Source of the DNA: Isurus oxyrinchus
Taxonomy: Eukaryota
Assembly: GCA_026770705.1 (NCBI GenBank)
Contig: JANJGN010000021.1
Coordinates: 98,890,001-98,954,000, forward strand
Length of the DNA stretch: 64,000 nucleotides
Direction: 5' to 3'
In this document: in pieces, positions 1 to 12,904 of the stretch
How positions within the stretch are numbered: position 1 is the first letter of the stretch
Layout of the letters: each line of letters begins with the position of its first letter
The notes under the pieces: generated by a model
What the model saw: the letters and a program-made list of their open reading frames with translations, nothing else
Database searches by the model: none
What the model was told of the DNA's origin: nothing
Program-made: the position numbers and the translations under genes

Positions 1-119
1 TAGATGTATTTTGACAAATTGCGTGGAGGTGCCTTGTTCCTAAAGTGGCGAGAGAGATCATTTAAACAGTGGATTGTTAAAGGATCATTGTGTTTAAAGG
101 GAACTGAAGTAATACTCAC

Positions 120-215
120 ATCCAGTTCGGAAATCTTCCTCTCCTGCTGCTGTTTTAATTCACTGATATCTTTCTTTTCATTCTCCATGGAATCCAAGGA
201 TGATTCCAGCTGGTC
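120..215 (-). CDS. 96-nt phase 0-0 coiled-coil exon of a TRIM (RBCC/B30.2-type) gene; the gene continues left of the window
   Basis: ttttag acceptor at 216-217 and GTGAGT donor at 119. Translates DQLESSLDSMENEKKDISELKQQQERKISELD. The 96-nt size, phase and heptad pattern match the coiled-coil exon that follows the RING/B-box exon in vertebrate TRIM genes. Confidence 0.75.
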
Positions 216-460
216 CTAAAAATGGAATCAGACCTCACCATGATCCATTGTAATGTTTGCTGTTATATCACACACTGTGGGGACTGGTGTTCAGGCTTTT
301 GCCAGAAACTGGTTTTTATGTTCTGTATTAACTTACTTATCTGGGTCATGTAGCTCATTGGAAACTTTTGCAAACAGTTCCGATGGGAATTCCAAGGCTT
401 GAAACAAATTCCATATAAATATTTAAAATAATTGTCATAATTTAACATATTACCTATAAT

Positions 461-810
461 TTTTTTCATTCTTTCACAGGATGTGGGCATTGCTGGCAAG
501 GTGAGTCTTTGTTGCCCATCCCTAATTGCCCTCGACTGACTGGCTTGCTCGGCTATTCCAGAGGGCAGTTATTATTCAACCACATTGCTGTGAAGTGAGA
601 GTCACATATAGGCCAGGATGGCAGATTTCCCTCCTAAAGGGCAATAGTGAACCAGATAGGCTTTTAACAACAATCGATGACAGTTTGATGGTCACCATCA
701 CTGAGACCAGCAGTATATTCCAGATTTTATTAACTGAATTCAAATTCCACCAGCTGCCGTGGTGGGATTTGAACTCATGTCCCCCAGAAGATTAACCTGG
801 GTCTCTGGAA
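461..810 (-). mobile_element. tRNA-derived SINE, HE1-like (elasmobranch)
   Basis: The minus strand has a B-box-like GTTCAAATCCCACCACGGCAGCTGGTGGAATTTGAA and a 3' tail (GGGATGGGCAA...CCCACATCC...GAATGAAAAAAA) shared with the LINE ending at 27612. Family name is from recall. Confidence 0.7.
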
Positions 811-1197
811 CTGCACACAGTACTCCAGCTGTGGCCTCACCAAGGTTCTATACAACTCCAATATGACCTCCCTATTTTGTAATCTACGCCTCGATTGATA
901 AAGGCAAGTGTCCCATATGCCTTTTTCACCACCCCACTAACATACCCCTCTGCCTTCAGAGATCTATGGACACACAGGCCAAGGTCCCTTTGTTCCTTGG
1001 AACTTCCTAGTGCCATGCCGTACATTGAATACTTCCTTGTCAAATTACTCCTTCCAAAGTGTATCTCCTCACGCTTTCCAAGGTTAAATTCCATTTGCCA
1101 CTTAACTGTCCATTTGACCATCCTGTCTATATCTTCTTGTAGTCCAAGACACTCAACCTCACTGTTAACCACCCAGCCAATCTTTGTGTCGTCCGCC
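811..1197 (-). mobile_element. CR1-clade LINE ORF2 fragment (RT C-terminal part)
   Basis: ORF 837..1199 ADDTKIG...LQEDIDR...KWQMEFN...K...IHFG...RDLG is typical of CR1 reverse transcriptase. Confidence 0.85.
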
Positions 1198-1297
1198 ATG
1201 TAATTTTGTTCTATTCTTTATTGGAATGAGGATGTTTTTGGAAAGGTCAACTTTTGTTGCCCATTGAAATTTAGTGATATTTTATTGGGACTAAACT

Positions 1298-1760
1298 TGG
1301 GAATGGCAGGTTGTCTTATGAGGAAATGTTGGGCAGGTTAGGCTTATATCCGCTGGAGTCTAGAAAAGTATGAGTCAACTTGATCGAAACATATAAGACC
1401 CTGAGGGGCCTTGACAGGGTGGATATGGAGAGAATATTTCCTCTCGTGGGAGAATCTAGAACCAGGAGTCACTGTTTTTAAAAATAAGGGGTTGCCCACT
1501 TAAGACAGATGAGCAGAAATTATTTCACCAGGATGGTGGTGAGATCTTGGTTCTCTCTTCCTCAAAAGGCAGTGGAAGCAGAGTCTTTGAATATTTTTAA
1601 GGCAGAGGTAGAGAGATTCTTAATTATCAAGGAGGGTGAAAGGTTATCGGGAGTAGGTAGGAATGTGGGGTTGAGGTTACAATCGGATCAGCTATGACCT
1701 TATTGAATGGTGGAGCAGGCTCAAGAGGCTGAGTGGCCTACACCTGCTTCTAATTCATAT
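1298..1760 (+). mobile_element. CR1 LINE 3' end fragment
   Basis: Degenerate LSYEE...R...FF..R.V..W..LP..AVEA..L..FK region followed by the 3'UTR AATGGTGGAGCAGGCTC...GGCCTAC..CTGC. Confidence 0.8.
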
Positions 1761-2524
1761 GATCCAAGGTTAATCTAAACAGTGGCCTGGCACATCTTGA
1801 TGTCAAACCTTCAGAGGTTATCAAATTCTCTGCAAATCACTGCAAATCCTTTCTCAGAAAAATGTTCACCTGCCTTTCTTTGTTCACTACCTGAAGTCTC
1901 AAATTTCAATGTAAAGTTTTTGAAGGGTTTTTTGACATTGGTCAAAATAACAATTAAATTTAACAATTGCGCCTTTAAATGCTTTCATGAGTGGGTTTAG
2001 TTTGAAAGCCTCAGCCTTTCGCGAGAGACTGAGCTTGCAGTTGATTGTTGTGCCCTGACTTTTGACTTTGCTTGCTGAATACAGGTTGTGTGGCCTGAGT
2101 GAGGACAGTGATCCCAATTTTAAAGCGTTGCATGAAAACCATCCAAGCTGGTCGGCAGCTGGAATATTCGACTGTAAATTTCACTCATTTGCGTTCAGTG
2201 GATTTTTTTTTCTCAAAAAGTTTTGAAGAATAGCTGGAGGACAAATTTCAAAAGCTTTCAGGTGAAGATTGTATTCAGTCTCTGTTAAACAGAACGTGAG
2301 CGAGTGAGATTCTTGAGGGTAGGATGTAAATTGTTGCTGCCCACAGGCCGAGTTTTTCCCTGGGATTACCGGGCATGTTGTAAGCACCTGTACTTGAATA
2401 TGATTCCAATATATTTATATTTATCTTCAATATTACAATGATTCTCACATATTTGTATTCAAATATTGTTGCGAAAATGATCCCATATCATTAATTAATT
2501 CAGAGATTGCAATGAAAATGATTT

Positions 2525-2812
2525 TTAAAAAAAATTCATTCACGAGATGTGGGTTTCGCTGGCTGGGCCAGCAATTATTACCCATCCCTAATTGCCCTTG
2601 AGAAGGTGCTGCTGAGCTGCCTTCTTGAACCGCTGCAGTCCGTGTGGTGTAGGTGCACCCACAGCGCTGTTAGGGAGGGAGTTCCAGGATTTTGACCCAG
2701 CGAGAGTGAAGGAACAGCGATATATTTCCAAGTCAGGATGGTGAGTGGCTTGGAGGGGAACTTCCAGGTGGCAATGTTCCCATCTATCTGCTGCCCTTGT
2801 CCTTCTAGACCA
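2525..2812 (-). mobile_element. 3' fragment of the LINE family at 25394-27612
   Basis: Reverse complement of the 3' end at 27330-27612 (TGACTTGGAAATAT...GGCAGCTCA...CCTTCTCAAGGGCAATTAGGGATGGG). Confidence 0.8.
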
Positions 2813-3207
2813 TGCTAGTCCAGCCTTTTCACTCAGGGGCAGGGTGGGGGGGGAGGGTGGGGGGACATTTCAATTTTTTTTCTCATTCAAGGAGCTGATG
2901 AGCAAATTTCAGAACATTACGGTTTGGCACAACATTAAAAATGAATTTCAACAAAATGTTGAAGTATGAGGAAAAGAAACAGCTTGCTGAGCCAGGATAA
3001 AACCATATCAGAGCAATAAATTGATCATTTTGGGAAAAATTAGTGATTAATAAAGATGATTTTTGACTGTGAGAGAGTCAAATTGTGTTTGACGAGCTCA
3101 CTCTGAGTCTCAGGGTGCTTATTCACTCACCCTCTGTAAACTCACTGCGTGAATTGGTACAAGAGTGTTGATGCGTGGGGGTGTGTACGAACCTGAGAGG
3201 TGGAGTG

Positions 3208-5790
3208 AACCACACTCTCTCGCATGCACACACTATCTCGCATGCACACACACAATCTCTCACATGCACACACACTCTCTTGCATGCACACTCACTCTCT
3301 CGCATGCACACACACTATCTCGCATGCACACACACTATTTCACATGCACACATTCTCTCTCGCATGCACACACTCTCTTGCATACACACACTCTCTCGCA
3401 TGCACACACTCTCTCTCGCATGCACACACAGTCTCTTGCATGCATACACACTCTCTTGCATGCACACACACTCTCTCGCACATGCACACACACTGTCTTG
3501 CACATACACGCAAATACTCTCGCGCACACACTTTCTCGCACAAGCACTCTCTGGGGCACGCACTCCCTGGGCACGCACTCTCTGCGGCATTCACTCTCTT
3601 GCACACACACACACTCACTCTCTCACACATGCACTGACTTACTCTCTCGCACATGCACTGACTCACTCTCTCACACATGCACTGACTCACTCTCTCACAC
3701 ATGCATGCACTCACTCTCTCGCACATTCACACACTCACTCTCTCTCACATGCACACAATCTGTCGCACATGCGCTCACTCACTCTCTCACACATGCACAC
3801 ACTCTGTCACACATGCACACAAACACTCTTGCGCACACACTTTCTCGCGCATGCACTCTCTGGGGAACGCACTCCCTGGGTACGCACTCTCTGCGGCACT
3901 CACTCTCTCGCACATGCACGCACTCACTCGCTCACACATGCACACACTCACTCTCTCACACGTGCACGCACTCACTCTCTCACACATGCACTCACTCACT
4001 TGCTCGCACATGCACGCACTCACTCTCTCATACATGCATGCACTCACTCTCTCACAATGCACACACTCTCACACATGCACACACTCTATCACAAACACTC
4101 TTGCGGACAAACTTTCTCGAGCACGCATTCTCTGGGGCACGCACTCCCTGGGTACGCACTCTCTGCGGCACTCACTCTCTCCCACATGCACACACTCACT
4201 CTCTCGCACAGACACACACTCTCTCGCACAGACACACACTCACTCTCTTGCACAGACACACACCCACTCTCTCGCACATGCACTCACTCACTCTCTCGCA
4301 CATTCACTCACTCACTCTCTCGCACATGCATGCACTCACTCTCTCACACATGCACACACTCACTCGCTAACACATGCATGCACTCACTCTCTTGCACATT
4401 CACTCACTCACTCTCTCGCACATGCATACACTCACTCGCTAACACATGCATGCACTCACTCTGTCGTACATGCACACACTCACTCTCTTGCACATGCACA
4501 CACTCACTATCTCACACATGCACACACTCACTCTCTCGCACAGGCACTGACTTACTCTCTCACACATGCACACACTCACTCTCTCGCACAGGCACTGACT
4601 TACTCTCTCGCACATGCACACACTCACTCTCTCGCACAGGCACTGACTTACTCTCTCGCACATGCATGCACTCACTCTCTCGCACATGCACTCACTCACT
4701 CTCTCGCACATGCACACACTCACTCTCTCTCAAATGCACACATTCTGTCACACATGCACACTCACTCTCTCACGCATGCACACAAACACTCTTGCGCACA
4801 CACTTTCTCGCGCTCGCATTCTCTGGGGAACGCACTCCCTGGGTACGCACGCTCTGCAGCACTCACTCTCTCGCACATACACGCACTCACTCGCTCACAC
4901 ATGCACACACTCACCCTCTTGCACATGCATGCATTCACTCGCTCGCATATGCACTCACACACTCTCTCATACATGCACGCACTCACGCTCTCACACATGC
5001 ACTCACTCACTCGCTCGCACATGCACGCACTCACTCTCTCATACATGCATGCACTCACTCTCTCACAATGCACACACTCTCACACATGCACACACTCTCA
5101 CACATGCACACTCTCTGTCACAAACACTCTTGCGGACAAACTTTCTCGAGCACGCATTCTCTGGGGCACGCATTCCCTGGGTATGCACTCTCTGCGGCAC
5201 TCACTCTCTCCCACATGCATGCACTCACTCTCTCACACATGCACACACTCACTCTCTCGCACATACACACACACACTCTCTCGCACAGACACACACTCAT
5301 TCTCTTGCACAGACACACACCCACTCTCTCGCACATGCACTCTCACTCTCTCACACATGCACACACTCACTCTTTCACACATACACACATTCACTCTCTC
5401 GCACAGACACACAATCACTCTCTTGCACAGACGCACACCCACTCTCTCGCACATGCACTCACTCACTCTCTCGCACATGCATGCACTCACTTGCACATGC
5501 ACACATTCACTCTCTCGCACATGCATGCACTCACTAACACATGCATTCACTCACTCTGTCGTACATGCACTCATTCACTCTCTCGTACATGCACTCTCTC
5601 ACAGACACACACTCACTCTCTCGCACATGCACACACTCACTCTCTTGCACATGCACACACTCACTCTCTCCCACATGCATGCACTCACTCTCTCACACAT
5701 GCACACACTCACTCTCTTGCACATGCACACACTCACTCTCTCCCACATGCATACACTCACTTTCTAACACATGCACACACTCACTTGCCC
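3208..5790. repeat. Compound CA/CT-rich minisatellite (core ~CACATGCACACACTCACTCTCTCG) with embedded higher-order units
   Basis: Visible directly. It produces the His/Thr/Ser/Leu low-complexity ORFs in all frames. Confidence 0.95.
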
Positions 5791-5964
5791 CACCTGCAGC
5801 CACTCTTCCCCCCTCAACCTGCAGCCAATCTCTTCTCCCCCTACAGCTGCCACTCTGTCCCCCTACACCAGTCCCTCTCTCTCCCCGCTTTGTAGTTGCA
5901 TTCCCCCGCTCAGTAGTCATGCTGCCCTGCTTGATAGTCACTCTCACCCCCCTGCTCAATAGTC

Positions 5965-6190
5965 ATTCTTGTGTAGTTAGAGTCTGGAATGCACTGTCTG
6001 GAAGTGTGGTGGAGGCAGTTACAATTGAGGTGTTCAAGAGGGCATTGGATGATTATTTAAATAGAAACAATGTGCAGGATGATGGGGAAAAGGCGGAAGA
6101 TTGGCAGTAAGTTAAACTGTTCAGAGAGTCAGTGCAGACACAATGGGCTGAATATCCTCCTTCCACACCGTGACAATTCTGTGATTCTTT
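5965..6190 (+). mobile_element. CR1 3' end fragment
   Basis: VVRVWNALSGSVVEA..I..FKR.LD.YL motif followed by the 3' tail. Confidence 0.75.
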
Positions 6191-6339
6191 AAATATAAGG
6201 TCAAACCACTGACACCAAGAGAACAAACTCTTTAACTAGCCCAACATTGAACTAGAGCTAAAATTTATCAATGTAACTTAATGGATTTAGGAACTTTATC
6301 TAGATGCAAACAATAGAATTATAGCGCTTACAACACAAG

Positions 6340-7512
6340 GTCAGTCAGTGTGTGATTATCAGAATTACAGCACCATTATCACAGGGACAGTCACTGTGTG
6401 ATTATCAGAATTACAGCACCGATATCAAGGGACAGTGACTGTGTGATTATCAGAATTACAGCACCATTATCACAGGGACAGTGACTGTGTGATTATCAGA
6501 ATTACAGCACCGATATCACAGGGACAGTCACTGTGTGATTATCAGAATTACAGCACCGATATCACAGGGACAGTGACTGTGTGATTATCAGAATTACAGC
6601 ACTGATATCGCAGGAACAGTCACTGTGTGATTATCAGAATTACAGCACTGATATCAAGGGACAGTCACTGTGTGAGTATTAGAATTACAGCACTGATATC
6701 GCAGGGACAGTCACTGTGTGATTATCAGAATTACAGCACCGATATCACAGGGACAGTCACTGTGTGATTATCAGAATTACAGCACTGATATCGCAGGAAC
6801 AGTCACTGTGTGATTATCAGAATTACAGCACTGATATCAAGGGACAGTCACTGTGTGATTATTAGAATTACAGCACTGATATCGCAGGGACAGTCACTGT
6901 GTGATTATCAGAATTACAGCACCGATATCACAGGGACAGTCACTGTGTGATTATCAGAATTACAGCACCGATATCACAGGGACAGTCACTGTGTGATTAT
7001 CAGAATTACAGGACCAATATCACAGGGACAGTCACTGTGTGATTATCAGAATTACAGGACCAATATCACAGGGACAGTCACTGTGTGATTATCAGAATTA
7101 CAGGACCAATATCACAGGGACAGTCACTGTGTGATTATCAGAATTACAGCACCATTATCACAGGGACAGTCACTGTGTGATTATCAGAATTACAGCACTG
7201 ATATCACAGGGACAGTGATTGTGTGATTATTAGAATTACAGCACTGATATCACAGGGACAATCACTGTGTGATTATCAGAATTACAGGACCGATATCACA
7301 GGGCAGTCACTGTGTGATTATCAGAATTACAGCACCGATATCACAGGGACAGTCACTGTGTGATTATCAGAATTACAGCACCATTATCACAGGGACAGTC
7401 ACTGTGTGATTATCAGAATTACAGCACCATTATCACAGGAACAATCACTGTGTGATTATCAGAATTACAGCACTGATATCACAGGAACAATCACTGTGTG
7501 ATTATCAGAATT
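6340..7512. repeat. 46-bp minisatellite, ~25 copies (CACAGGGACAGTCACTGTGTGATTATCAGAATTACAGCACCGATAT)
   Basis: Head-to-tail near-identical units with no unique spacers. Confidence 0.95.
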
Positions 7513-7932
7513 CCTCTGCCTCATTGATTTGGGCCAGGTCATTGTCTATGTCACTCAAGGCCACATAAAACCAAGGGTTCACTGAAGATCTCAGCATCCC
7601 CTTTGCAAGTTAGTTGTGAACTGTGAGCGTGTTTGACAACTTTAACATTGCTAACTTTGCACTTTCAACTTTAAATGTCCAAAGGGGAATAATTGACCAT
7701 TTCCTTCTCAAATACTCAATCAGACTTGTTGACTCATTCAGACGTTGAGAATTGTCCTTGGTTGTTATGTTTCAATCCTTGCTTATAACGCGATGTTATG
7801 CAGTAAGGGTGAGTCCCATGTCTTTGAACTGTGTGTTCCATTGCACCTCAGAAAAGATTGGAATAAAAATTGTTATAAGTTGCACATTAATCGTACTAAC
7901 CCATGTGTGTTGGTCAACCTCATTTGTCTGAA

Positions 7933-8265
7933 CTTTCTTTCGTGGGATGTGGGGTCGCTGATGAGGCCAGCATTTGTTGCCCATCCCTAATTGTCCTTGA
8001 ACTGAGTGGCTTGCTGGGCCATTTTAGAGGGCAGTTGAGAGTCAGCCATATTGCTGTGGGTCTGGAGTCAGACCAGGTAAGGACAGCAGATTTCCTTCCC
8101 TAAAGGGATTTCGTGAGACAGATGGGTTTTGACAACAATTGATCATAGTTTCATGGTCACCATTTCTGAGACTAGCTTTTTATATTCCAGATTTTTTTAT
8201 TAATTGGAATTCAATTCCATCAGCTGCCGTGGTGAGATTTGAACTTGCGTCCCAGACATTACCAC
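7933..8265 (-). mobile_element. HE1-like SINE
   Basis: Collinear with the copy at 461-810. Confidence 0.75.
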
Positions 8266-8474
8266 CAAGCCACCATTAGCCCTACCTCCCAGCTGGATTC
8301 AGCTTGTGTTTGGACAGCTTTCTTGATTCGTTTGTTACCCTGACACATGTTTGCCCATTGGACCAGATTTTCATTTACTTAAGACCCATTCACGTGTACA
8401 GAGTTAAAATCTGGTGCATTATTATAGTATCTGGGAAGTTGCCCTTTTAACCCAGACACATTTCAGACTCATCA

Positions 8475-8950
8475 TAGTAGCACTATCATTCCTGGATCAC
8501 AAGGTTCAGGGTTCAAGTCCCACTCCAGAGGTTGAGCGCAAATATTAAGGCTGACACCCCAGTGAAGTGCTGAGGGAGTGTTGCACTGTCAGCGGTGCCA
8601 TCTTTCAGAGGTGAGATGTAAAGCTGAGGGCCGGGGGGCAGGGCTCATGGAGCGGGCACTGAGTCCTCCAGCTTGAGTCAATATCAAATATCAAATGGCA
8701 CAATCTTGAAGAAGTGCAGGGGAATTATCCCTGGTGTTCTGGCCAAAATGCAATTAACAGTACACAAAAAGACCAGATTATCTGGTCACAATCATACTGT
8801 CATTTGTGGGAGATGGCGAGGCACAAATTGGTTATTGTGTTTCATAGAGGATAACAGTGACTGCACTTCAAAAGTTCTCCATTGACTGAAGAGCACTTTG
8901 AGACGTCTGGTTATTTTGAAAGGCGCTATGTAAATGCAAGTCTTTCTTTT
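8475..8950 (+). mobile_element. DeuSINE-like (SacSINE1/AmnSINE1-type) SINE
   Basis: GGTTCAAGTCCCACTCCAGAG head, GCTGAGGGAGTG..GCACTGTC...GTGCC.TCTTTCAG core, and L2-type tail GGCGCTAT.TAAATGCAAGTCTTTCTTT. Confidence 0.65.
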
Positions 8951-9084
8951 GCATTTTTTTTATGATAAAGGAGGAATGGGATCACAGCCTGCAGTGCTTG
9001 CTCCATTAGCCCCTCACCTCGGGCCCTCACCACAATCTGTAAATTAGTGATGTTGTAATGTACCATGGTTACCAGGGAGACCCG

Positions 9085-9525
9085 ATAAGAACATAAACAG
9101 GAGCTGGAGTAGTCCATACGCCCCATCACACCTACTCCACCATTCAATATTGTCATGGCTGAATTTTGGCTTCAACGCACTAACCCCCCACCCCCGCTTC
9201 CATGTCCCTTGATTCCTTGACAGACCAACAATCTGTCTATCGCAGCCTTGACTGTGATGATGAAGCATCCACAACCCTCTGCGTAGAGCATTCCGAAGCT
9301 TTATTATTCTTTGAGTGAAGAAATTCCTCCTCACCTCAGTCCTAAATGATCGACCCCCTTATCCTGAACTTTTGCCCCATGTGTTCTAGATTGCGGGGCG
9401 GAAGGGGGAGGGGGGGGGTGGGAAGGAAGCTCTCAGTGTCTGCTCTGTCAAGTCCCTTTAAAACCTTGGATGTGTCGTAGAGACCACCTTCTCATTCTAC
9501 TAAACTCCAGAGGCCCAACTTACAA
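9085..9525 (-). mobile_element. CR1 3' fragment
   Basis: The minus ORF starts RRNFFTQRII.L.NAL, and a CR1 3'UTR is present. Confidence 0.75.
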
Positions 9526-9659
9526 TATGGTAGGGGTGGAGGGAGAAGATTACAGATTCCATCAGACATACCCAGCCCCCTTGTAGACTTGCTGGTTGTA
9601 TAAGATCGCTTCCTGAGCCCTTGGTGAACAAAATGCTGGTGTGCCACATAGGGATGATT

Positions 9660-9985
9660 ATTTCTTTCTCTCATGGGATGTGGCAGCCAACATTTGCTAA
9701 CTGCCCTTGAAATGAGTGACTTGATAGGCCATTTCAGAGGGCAGTTAAGAGTTAACCACAATCTTATGGGACTGGAGTCACATGTAGGACAGGCCAAGTA
9801 AGGGTAGCAGATTTCCTTCCCCAAGGGGCATTAGTGAACCAGATGGGTTTTTATGATAATTGATGATAGTTTCATGGTCACCATCACTGATATTAGCTTT
9901 ATAGTTCCTGATTTATTAATTAAATTTAAATTCCACCAGTTACCATAGAGGGTTTTGAACCCACGTCCCCAGGATTACTATTTTA
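9660..9985 (-). mobile_element. HE1-like SINE
   Basis: Collinear with 461-810 and 7933-8265. Confidence 0.75.
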
Positions 9986-10059
9986 GTGGCATTACCACCC
10001 TGCTGCCATCTCCCCAACAGATGTTGACACACTCTGGCAATATCTGCAGGGTTAATGGC

Positions 10060-11290
10060 AGTATTGAGTGGCCCCAGTGGACACAATGTTGAGGGGTCAT
10101 TGCTCTCCACTGTTCATTCACGCCAAATTAAGGTAGAGGCTTGATAAAATTCAGTCTGAGTGCTTCCCTGTGACCATCCCACTGACTACAGGGCAAATAG
10201 AAGCCGGAGTCATCACCCAGCCTCGGGGGCGTAAACAATAACATTATTCTTTTCTGGGCCTGTCGTTGTTTACAAGGCCCAATGGTAACAGGTAACTCCG
10301 AACGACGTCTCAATCAGCTCAAGTGAGTTTGCCGGGAAACCACTTAACCAATCGTTCATCCATTAGCCAACGAGGTAATGTGCCCTTAACCGAGCCACTC
10401 AGCTCTTGCCAATGGCTCAGACAAATGCTGCCCATCACCATCTTAGAAGCTGCAGATAGAGTGGCCTCTCGATTAGATATGATTAAATAATCCCAGCTTG
10501 TGTGGAGGTCCTGGACTATCTCATTAAACAGGAGATCCTCAGACTCTTCACCGATCAGCTCTAAATTACCCTCATTTATCTTTCTTAGTTGCTTCTTCGA
10601 CGGTCTGGTTATAGCCTCTCCTGATGCCGATACTGGTTTTCCTGGATCCCATTCTGTTAAATGCTGCTCCTGCCACAGCTCCAACACCATCCCAACCCCC
10701 CTCACCCATCACCACACCTTCCTCCCCCCACTACCACCCAATTTCTGAGGGATCTGTGTGACTGGGTATGTGTGATCCGATCTTCATCCCATTCCTCATT
10801 CCATTGTCCATATGCTCTGAGTTAATCGAGTGCCAGATCAGTTAGTATTAGGCGGGTCCCCCTATCCAACCCTGCGCGAGGGTTCCATTTACTCAGCCGA
10901 CAATAACTGGGATGGTCTCAGATCTTCTATTTGTCTTGCTGAGCAGCCTGGCCCGCCAGGCTGAGACATAACCTGTCTGAAAGCAAAGGCCTGTCACAAC
11001 TAGATTGCACGGCCTGATGTTGTTAATGTAGATCAACACATCTGGAGTGACAATGACAATGGGGGTGGGTGGTGAGACTTTAATAGGGCCACGTTCAGGT
11101 TACAATAACATTCCACTCCTTATAGTCAACGGAGACAGGGGCCAATGGAAGGGGGGTCTGGTGGGAGGGAGGCAGGGCCTGGGGCCTGAGTGTGCTGGGG
11201 TTCAATATCACCGTGGTTATGTTATTCAACTAGTAATCTAATCTCATAGCCTGGCATAACCTTCAGTCTGCCATCACCGACAACCCTGTT
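10060..11290 (-). mobile_element. Possible decayed retroviral/LTR-element env-like relic
   Basis: Non-repetitive, coding-like minus-strand pieces in shifting frames: a G/A-rich hydrophobic peptide (DGVGAVAGAAFNRM), a heptad-like stretch (QLRKINEGNLELIGEE) and C..W.....G.LP.WL. No LTRs or pol were recognised. Confidence 0.25.
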
Positions 11291-11294
11291 TCAA

Positions 11295-11910
11295 TGATGA
11301 TTACAGGAGAACATGCCAGGAGCAGCACCTAAACATGAGGTATCAACCTGGTGAAACCACAACACTGGGCTACTTGCATGCCAAACAGTGAAAGTGGCAA
11401 CAGACAGGGCAAAGCGATCCCACAACCAAAAAACCAGAGCCAAGCTCTGCAGTTCGGGCACATGCAGTTGTGAGTGGTGCTGGACAATTAAATTGATTGG
11501 CACCCCATCCACCACCTTTAATATTCACTCCCTCCACCACCAGCGCACATTGGCAGCAGTGGGCACCATCTACAAGATGCACTGCAGGAATGCACCAAAC
11601 TCCTTCCACAGCTCCTTCCAAACCCACAACCACTACCATCTAGAAGGACAAGGGCAGCAGGTAGATGGGAACACCACCACCTGGAAGTTCCCCTCCAAGC
11701 CGCTCACTATCCTGACTTGGAAATATATCACTATTCCTTCACTGTCGCTGGGTCAAAATCCTGGAACTCCCTCCCTAACTGCACTGTGGGTGTACCTACA
11801 GCACAGGGACTGCAGCATTTCAAGAAGGCAGCTCACCACCATCTTCTCAAGGGTAACTAGGATGGGCAATAAATGCTGGCCCAGCCATCCCATGAATGAA
11901 CAAAAAAGAG
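11295..11910 (+). mobile_element. Internally deleted copy of the LINE family at 25394-27612
   Basis: Matches ~25800-25960 joined directly to the 27200-27612 3' end. Confidence 0.8.
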
Positions 11911-12563
11911 AACCGGGGTTATATAATGCCTCACCATAACTTCCTTGTTTGTGTCCTCTACAGGACTATTTATAGGGGCCAGGATCCCACCAGCTTTTTT
12001 TGAAAAAAACAGCTTCCTCTTGCTCTGCCATCTTCAAAGATTTGTTGGCATGCAACCCATATCTCTCTGTTCGCACCCCCACTGCAAAATTGCACTGTTT
12101 AGTTTGTATTGCCTTCCCAAACGCTCCCTCTGCCTTGTAGAATACTTCACTTCACACCTCTCGAAGCTAAGGCAGTCGATCAGCCGTGCCCCCGACCACA
12201 GCCTCCTACCGCAGCTCCACCTCACCCTGAGCCCAGTGCGAGCCGAGAGTGTCGGCGCAAGATGTAGAGCTCACAATCTGGCTGCTCCTGATACCCTCTC
12301 CTGATCCTTTTACCATGGGTTTCTGAGAAAGGGGTACATGGTGCAGGGTGTATGCTGGGTCGTCAATCTGATATCACCCGATGCACCCCTACTCCTTGAG
12401 CCATGCTGCATTTAACACCCCAATATCTCAGACTCATTTCGAGTTCGGGGTCACAGGGCCCAGACCAGGACTGTGGCTGGGAGCACTGCACCCTGTTCAG
12501 CTCAAACAGTGGGCACCATGGCTCTCTCTGCTGGTTAGCTGTGCCCACAACCTCTCCGCATCC

Positions 12564-12574
12564 GTTTCATTTTC
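12564..12574 (-). promoter_or_regulatory. ISRE-like element GAAAATGAAAC; ETS core GGAAGTG nearby (~12694-12700)
   Basis: Matches GAAANNGAAA and lies in unique, relatively CpG-containing sequence upstream of the TRIM exon. Motif evidence only. Confidence 0.35.
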
Positions 12575-12904
12575 ACATGGAATTAGTGCCCATGTGATGA
12601 AGAGACCCAGCCTGCTCTCACCCACCGTGAGCAGATCCTCCACTTTACTGGGTCGTAGACAGCTGCTCTCACTGCCGCAGGACTCTGCACCTTCACTTCC
12701 TGCCTCGAAATTTATTGATCAGGAGCCCGTCAACTTAGCTGGGATGTAAGTGCAGGAATTTGTGTCCCCTTGTGCCCATACTACTATTTCGGTGATTGCA
12801 TCACACCGAGAGTAACTGAATGATATCAATTAAACAGCCCAGGATTCCAGCCACTGTGAGGGTCAGTCCCTAACCATCGGGGAGGGAAGGATCAGGAATG
12901 ATAC

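Noticed and set aside
3165-5895. Long His/Thr-rich ORFs (401-906 aa)
   Set aside because: Open in several frames on both strands because the CA/CT repeat lacks stops; no splice or domain evidence.
6340-7512. CRISPR-like array or tandem RAG recombination signals (CACAGTG heptamer on the minus strand of most units)
   Set aside because: No unique spacers, and the host is a vertebrate. No ACAAAAACC-like nonamer at 12 or 23 bp from the heptamer.
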